64,000 nt of DNA from Gammaproteobacteria bacterium (GTDB lineage: Bacteria; Pseudomonadota; Gammaproteobacteria; Steroidobacterales; JBCCMA01). The translations under genes were made by a program, and so were the position numbers. The notes below the pieces were generated by a model. That model did not search any database. It was not told the DNA's origin and worked only from the letters and a program-made list of their open reading frames with translations. The DNA is taken from the NCBI GenBank assembly GCA_045106455.1, contig JBGCEL010000037.1, positions 649 through 64,648 on the forward strand. The letters are read 5' to 3'. This document shows positions 60,001-64,000 of this stretch, piece after piece. Every line of letters begins with the position of its first letter. Within the stretch, counting starts at the first letter, position 1.

Positions 60001-62699
60001 TCCATGAAGCGAAACTCGAGCGCGTCGCCGGAAAGAAAACTAACGGACGCCAGAGTGCCGCCCTCGCTGAAATTGGCATCCAGAATGGACTTGCTGCCGT
60101 GTAGCTGTGCACCCGTACGGGGGTTCATGTTCCAGTACTCCGCCGTAATCTCAACGCCAATGTTGAACTGGTAGTCAGCCACAATGCTCTCGGGTGGGAA
60201 TACCGAGTGCATGGTCGAGCCCGTGCCGTTGGTCGCGTTGTAGCGCTTGGGCGCGTGTTCAAAATAGAGGCGGAAACTGTCGCCCGGCATGACGGCCGAT
60301 GTATCGGTGCGCAAGCGGGCCTCGGTTTCGTAGTGCACATCCACCGTACCGGGATTGCCATCCGCGCCGGGGCCGGCTCGAAACTCGATACCACCGCTGG
60401 CAGTCGTGGTTTGGGTGACCAGTGCGCCGACCGTAAAGGTCTCAGCATTCGGCGCGACGGTGGGCCGTGGGCCAATGCCCGGCACCCCGGTGCTAAACGT
60501 AGACGGAACGTAGGGACCACCGGGTAAGCTGTTTACTTCACTCACCGTATAGGGCTCCAGCGTAAAACTAAATCCGCAGCCGCCAGCCGAATCGACCCCA
60601 GGTGCCAGGTTACCAAAGACGCTCGTGCAACAATCCATCTCATAGCTGTTGAGATTGATGTCCGTGCCGTCACGGCACTGATTGCGCGTCGGCGACACGC
60701 GAAAGTTCTGGCACGCCCGGAATAATGGTCGGGAAGGTGGCTCGTAAACCGTCACAGGGTAGCTGGTTGCGTCGCACTGGGCGATGGCTTGCTCCCACCC
60801 TTCTTGCACGGCGTGAAGCGGTGGCCGTTGATCTATGTCGACCACCCGACCGTTGACCTGCGTCTGATTGGCTTGCGGCGGCAGGAAGTCGGCGATATCC
60901 AGCCCAACGCCTTCGATCGGATCAGGAAACAGCGCTTGATTGCGCGCCTCAAAGGTCAGTGGCGCGGATACTAGCGCCGGTGTCTGTCCCGCGTTGTCGA
61001 CCAACGGGTCCGTACCCAGCACGCGTATTTCGATACCGTCGTCCAGACCGTCGCCATCTGAATCGATGCTGAAGGGATCTGTTCGGTTGGCCTGCTCCGC
61101 CAGGTTCGTCAAGCCATCGCCGTCGGGATCGTTCAAGGTGTCGCCGGCACTCAGCGGGTCGAAGCCAAATTCAACCTCGAACGCATCATCAAGCTGATCC
61201 GCGTCGCTGTCCGCGTTTAGTGGATCGGTTTGGTGCACAGCGATTTCTTCGACATCCGACAATCCGTCGGCATCGCCGTCGGCGCTTCGAGGATCACTGC
61301 CGGCCGTGTCTTCCTGAGCATTGCTCAGGCCATCGCCATCCGCATCGCCGGCGCCCTCGTTGTCTCCACCATTTGGAATAAAGTCGTAGCGAATCTCAAA
61401 GCCATCGCGCAGCCCGTCATCGTCGGTGTCAGCGACCAGTGGATTCGTGCTGTGCGTAAACAGCTCGGCACCGTCTACAAGGCCATCGCCGTCCGTATCG
61501 GCAAGCGTCGGGTTGGTGGTGTGGGTATTGACCTCGGCGCCGTCAAGCAAGCCGTCGCCGTCGGTATCTTTGACCAACGGATCGGTCGCGTGGTCGTTGA
61601 CTTCCGCGGCATCGTCGAGCTCGTCGCCGTCCGTATCAGCGAGCACGGGATTGGTGCCCAGATCATTGACCTCAATACCGTCCTCAATGCCGTCATCGTC
61701 GCTGTCGGGCGCTAGTGGATCGGCACCGTTGGCCTGTTCCTGCGCGTTGCTGAGCCCGTCGTTGTCGAGATCAAGCAGTTCGTCGCCGGTCGCCAGCGCG
61801 TTGAGGCCGTTGGCCAGCTCGAACCCGTCGCTCAAGCCATCACCATCGCTGTCCGCGACCAGCGGATTGCTGCCCGCTGCGATTTCAATACCATCGATCG
61901 CACCATCTGCGTCCGTGTCAGCGCGAAACGGATCAGTGCCGTGGAGGCCTCGTTCATCAACATCCGCGATGCCGTCCTGATCCGAATCCGGAGCAGTCAC
62001 AACACTGACGCTCCGCCAATGAGTGCTGGCACGCCCGTCTGAATCAAGGGAACCCCAGGTGAAAAATGTATCGTTGGTCGCCACCACACGACCGATCACG
62101 TCGGCGGCGCACAGCTCACCGTCGATCAAAACATCGACATTTTCCTGCACCGGGTTGTACACGATGGCTACATCGTAATAGCGCGTCTCGGGTCCAAGTA
62201 CGCCGCAGCTCGAGTCGCCCCCGCTATTGATGGCGCTCGCCAGCATCTTGCCGTTGTCGACGCCAAAGATGACGGAGTACTCCTGGGACGTGTTCCCGCC
62301 CATGGCCTGACGCAGGAGCATCGTGGCGGCAAAACTGGCCGCCTCGGTAGCGCCGGGTGTAAAAGCCTGACGCCGCACACGTGCACGCACCGCCCAGCCG
62401 CTCGGGTTATAGAAATCGACGTTGCTCGTTCTATAGGAGCCACGCGTGCCGCCGCCCCCGCTGGTGTCGCTGATGCGCCAGAAGGAACACGGATCAGCGT
62501 CACACCCGGCGGCACCAATATCATTGTCGCCCGGGGCCATGATCACGGCCGGGTTGCTGTCACCCAGAGACCAACCTTCCTGCAGTGGGTTGGCATCGCC
62601 GGTGTGGGTAATGATTACGGTCTCTGCCTGTGCGACGGCCGATGTGCAAAGCGCCAAAAGGAAGCAGGCGAAACGAAAAAATCTGGTTCTGTTAGCCAT
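57066..62699 (-). CDS. giant secreted thrombospondin-type-3-repeat protein with NHL-like beta-propeller and C-terminal dockerin-like module
   Basis: 1877 aa. Signal MANRTRFFRFACFLLALCTSAVAQA. Layout by residue: ~210-aa jelly-roll-like N-domain; TSP3-like block I (236-568, 14 DxDxDG-type loops); unassigned Cys-containing region (569-1243); TSP3-like block II (1244-1488); NHL/YWTD-like propeller repeats (1489-1745). C-terminus: DTDADGTLDGVDNCLFFVNPMQNDTDSDGYGNACDADFNNDCVINVVDLGQLRANFF..DLNGDGVVNVVDLGRLRAMFF. Confidence 0.9.
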   Translation of the reverse strand: MANRTRFFRFACFLLALCTSAVAQAETVIITHTGDANPLQEGWSLGDSNPAVIMAPGDNDIGAAGCDADPCSFWRISDTSGGGGTRGSYRTSNVDFYNPSGWAVRARVRRQAFTPGATEAASFAATMLLRQAMGGNTSQEYSVIFGVDNGKMLASAINSGGDSSCGVLGPETRYYDVAIVYNPVQENVDVLIDGELCAADVIGRVVATNDTFFTWGSLDSDGRASTHWRSVSVVTAPDSDQDGIADVDERGLHGTDPFRADTDADGAIDGIEIAAGSNPLVADSDGDGLSDGFELANGLNALATGDELLDLDNDGLSNAQEQANGADPLAPDSDDDGIEDGIEVNDLGTNPVLADTDGDELDDAAEVNDHATDPLVKDTDGDGLLDGAEVNTHTTNPTLADTDGDGLVDGAELFTHSTNPLVADTDDDGLRDGFEIRYDFIPNGGDNEGAGDADGDGLSNAQEDTAGSDPRSADGDADGLSDVEEIAVHQTDPLNADSDADQLDDAFEVEFGFDPLSAGDTLNDPDGDGLTNLAEQANRTDPFSIDSDGDGLDDGIEIRVLGTDPLVDNAGQTPALVSAPLTFEARNQALFPDPIEGVGLDIADFLPPQANQTQVNGRVVDIDQRPPLHAVQEGWEQAIAQCDATSYPVTVYEPPSRPLFRACQNFRVSPTRNQCRDGTDINLNSYEMDCCTSVFGNLAPGVDSAGGCGFSFTLEPYTVSEVNSLPGGPYVPSTFSTGVPGIGPRPTVAPNAETFTVGALVTQTTTASGGIEFRAGPGADGNPGTVDVHYETEARLRTDTSAVMPGDSFRLYFEHAPKRYNATNGTGSTMHSVFPPESIVADYQFNIGVEITAEYWNMNPRTGAQLHGSKSILDANFSEGGTLASVSFLSGDALEFRFMDGVDQAPSEFQDVVFALTADDVPFVNVFDPGFSLGMSISTPGQCPFEDGVDCPGVDIPNSQPISREIAAMKLSIPVVNTPVPADYRGGTEDQFGSELLVPKRHAIEAGILTNTAPNGFRPVLNFTDQSFGSALITDSSSLSSDKLRVEADVDGLLGLANPLLTTGIDTALGEVASLSLDIADLDAVFWNGWDQSLFFDPKLKADVTFSRPVDVTFPDGSIGSGVTALTLDVESIDAGLGNYLDVVQPSGGVEVNVTYSFRDNRFENQTLNVGKIGGQLAFLKVGIGGYVGTTLGLANIPNEAAALRFTFEAPEPVFATPFGGSATLAGDVTDFGGTSLRIVDLTQDLDRDGIANDLEDAGCTSALDVDSDDDGLSDGLEDSNRNGQVDAGETNPCLFDSDGDGIGDGVERGLTAGIGDPDGAGPLLGTDLGIFIADITPTTTTNPAAADTDGDGLSDSEEAALGTDPVDSDSDNDGLLDGFEIANGFDPLVGGDGDLDSDSDGLTNSEEQDAGTNPFAADTDDDGLLDAFEVEFDFNPLVAGEGELDSDQDALTNVQEQNLNTNPRERDSDGDYMSDGDEVMLTATSPLVAQGFADLLVTERDNNAIVRVNLLSGERTLVANNATIGSVATLDRPIGLAVERSGSILVANLGGDEVLRVFPQSGTAEVVSGNGQPGPALGLPVGLVLADSRTAYLADQGGVDQIVRIDLATGARTLVTELTGPPLHIALDADGNLLVSDTFNSAVRHVDVTTGMETTLIANVDARGIAVERSGRIWVAQEDVVTLHEADGALVESIAMPANGIRDAVTLSDGGVFVASWNTDEILHASVGVADPLSVSGGASEPALGFAEGLVLQPVLDSDNDGLPDLLELELGSDPQTADTDADGTLDGVDNCLFFVNPMQNDTDSDGYGNACDADFNNDCVINVVDLGQLRANFFGSEALYDLNGDGVVNVVDLGRLRAMFFQSPGPSAGTDLCAN

Positions 62700-63010
62700 G
62701 GTCGTTCCCTCTTGGTCAATAAACGGTTGCCAGGGAACTGGAAAATAAGCGGTCCCTTAATGTGTCTAGCACGAGAAATCACGAAAAAACCCCAATGGCT
62801 CTTAAGAAAACCTCTCACTAATTGAAAATATCGCCAAATGTGAGCGTCACCGAGACGCGAATGATCCGGCTAGTGCTACCCCGCGGTCGGCAATTCTGAT
62901 CAGAAACCGAATTTAGGCTTTACGCACGCCCTGCCCCAGATCCTACCTGCCAAGGCATATCAATCTGATAGCGCCTGCCTAAATAGCTAGCGGCGCAGCC
63001 GTAACTATCC

Positions 63011-63078
63011 GATAACACATAGATAACACGCCGATAACAACTTCTGCCGCGTTCAATGGCTTGATACAGGGGTATCAA
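63011..63078 (+). promoter_or_regulatory. phased direct repeats plus inverted repeat upstream of the last ORF (candidate regulator binding sites)
   Basis: GATAACAC at 63011, GATAACAC at 63022 and GATAACAA at 63033, an exact 11-bp phasing. Inverted repeat TTGATAC-aggg-GTATCAA at 63061-63078. AAGGA at 63093-63097 and ATG at 63104. Confidence 0.4.
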
Positions 63079-63103
63079 AAATAACTAAGCCTAAGGAAAC
63101 AAC

Positions 63104-64000
63104 ATGGAGTTACCAGACATCGCGCACCAGTTGCGCCGGCTGCTGTACGGCGCGCGGAACCTAAGAACAAATGCCGGAAAATGCATCGCAGCATTTGCCT
63201 TGATTGCCCTGAGCGCCACCTCTCACGCAACGGTGGTGCTTGAAGAGAGTGAGGGCTACCAACGAGTTCGAGTGACCGACGCGGAGTTTGTAGACCTGCT
63301 TGAGGACGAATTCAGTTCGGCTGAAGGTGTATTGCTAAAAGCAGGCAAAACCCGGGCGGCGCGCACCCCTAATCAGGAAATGCATGTCATTAAGACCCTG
63401 CGTGCAGCCTACCAAGCGAACCTACCCGACTGGGTGCAAGAAGACATTCTTGAGGACTACGGGTTCACGAGTTGGGGCGAAGTGTCGGACAGCCAGCTTG
63501 ACGAGACCATTGAGACGCTCGTGATCAGTCTCGATTTGGTGGATTACATTAACGATCTGGATGAGGACACCAACAAGAACTCTGCCCAGAAGTGGTTTTG
63601 CAGCAAGAAAAAGAGCGCGAGAACGAAGAACATTTCCAAAACGATCAATGCCGACAAGCAAAACCTGTTCTCGTATAACAATCATGGCGTAAGCGCCAAT
63701 CTTGAGGCCGATTACATTGGCAGCGGCTCATTCAAGGTGGACGTGCATTACTACAAGCACAAGCGCTGTGGCATTACCTACAAACTGTCGTTCAATTACG
63801 CAGATATTAAAGTCGATGCTGATCTCGGCGGTGAAATCGGTCTAACGGGTGAAGTGGCGTACAGCAGTTCTCGCAAAATTCTGCAGAACCGTCTTACCTT
63901 GTGGGAGCACGACACGGGTTTTTGGGCCTGGATTATCTACTTCGACGTTGACATGGAGGTGGGCATCGATGTGGGTGTTCAAATTGACGTGGAGGCCAGT
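63104..64000 (+). CDS. hypothetical secreted protein, 5-prime partial view (runs off the window)
   Basis: Not in the supplied ORF track. I translated it by hand from ATG 63104 and found 299 sense codons with no stop up to 64000: MELPDIAHQLRRLLYGARNLRTNAGKCIAAFALIALSATSHATVVLEE... It has a signal-like hydrophobic segment followed by a beta-rich region (..GSGSFKVDVHYYKHKRCGITYKLSFNYADIKVDADLGGEIGLTGEVAYSS..). No family recognised. Confidence 0.55.
   Translation, partial: MELPDIAHQLRRLLYGARNLRTNAGKCIAAFALIALSATSHATVVLEESEGYQRVRVTDAEFVDLLEDEFSSAEGVLLKAGKTRAARTPNQEMHVIKTLRAAYQANLPDWVQEDILEDYGFTSWGEVSDSQLDETIETLVISLDLVDYINDLDEDTNKNSAQKWFCSKKKSARTKNISKTINADKQNLFSYNNHGVSANLEADYIGSGSFKVDVHYYKHKRCGITYKLSFNYADIKVDADLGGEIGLTGEVAYSSSRKILQNRLTLWEHDTGFWAWIIYFDVDMEVGIDVGVQIDVEAS

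Noticed and set aside
57066-62699. Acidic Gly/Asp repeats of both giant proteins considered as RTX (hemolysin-type) calcium-binding repeats with type I secretion
   Set aside because: The GGxGxDxUx nonapeptide is absent. The loops are DxDxDG with TSP3 or SdrD-B context. Both proteins have N-terminal Sec signals, and no T1SS ABC/MFP/TolC genes are nearby.
1-64000. Scan for phage-defence, toxin-antitoxin, prophage, integron or secondary-metabolite modules
   Set aside because: I found no nuclease/helicase/methylase sets, small adjacent TA-like pairs, phage structural genes, integrase or attC-like sites, or PKS/NRPS domains. The only mobile-element trace is the IS3 relic.

Overview
Chromosomal window from a Gram-negative bacterium, judged from a TonB-dependent receptor, a TonB-C domain protein and many lipobox and Tat signals. 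GC content is moderately high. A marine gammaproteobacterium-like origin is only my inference from gene content. I saw no rRNA, tRNA or CRISPR. Layout: (1) 0-9.8 kb: a TonB-dependent receptor surrounded by beta-lactamase-fold serine hydrolases, alpha/beta hydrolases, a Tat-signal unknown and a Tat-signal flavin amine oxidase, mostly lipoproteins. (2) 9.84-10.25 kb: a frameshifted IS3-family transposase relic. (3) 10.3-17.7 kb: one 7.4-kb gene for a ~2460-aa secreted adhesin-like protein. It has SdrD-B-like and DUF11-like Ig folds, eight in-frame 369-bp tandem repeats with a 738-bp super-period, two copies of an unassigned ~165-aa Cys-bracketed domain and an unassigned C-terminus. (4) 18.1-34.5 kb, divergent from that gene: a Wzx/Wzy-type exopolysaccharide locus. 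It encodes a split Wzz-like co-polymerase plus BY-kinase, a Wzy/O-antigen-ligase-like protein, a GT2, two GT-B enzymes, a flippase, a sulfotransferase, an internally duplicated double-GH16 protein, a HAD-membrane fusion and an initiating phosphoglycosyl transferase. No OPX/Wza, exosortase or nucleotide-sugar genes are in the window. (5) 34.9-43.0 kb: a surface-protein cluster with a BNR-propeller/P-domain protein, a small PEP-CTERM/VPLPA-CTERM-like anchored protein, a NodB deacetylase-TolB-like fusion and an FG-GAP protein split by two frameshifts in simple-sequence tracts. (6) 43-57 kb: an M28 peptidase, a truncated hydrolase remnant, an operon of unknowns, an OmpR/EnvZ-type two-component system, an esterase-beta-lactamase fusion, a further serine hydrolase, a dehydrogenase plus NCS1 permease, and a TonB-C lipoprotein. 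(7) 57.1-62.7 kb: a 5.6-kb gene for an 1877-aa thrombospondin-type-3-repeat/NHL-propeller protein. (8) 63.1 kb to the end: an ORF missing from the supplied track that runs off the window. Most interesting: three otherwise unrelated large secreted proteins end in the same TSP3 plus dockerin-like calcium-binding module. They lie around the EPS locus and a sorting-signal protein. I interpret this (inference) as a possible uncharacterised calcium-dependent surface or matrix assembly set.
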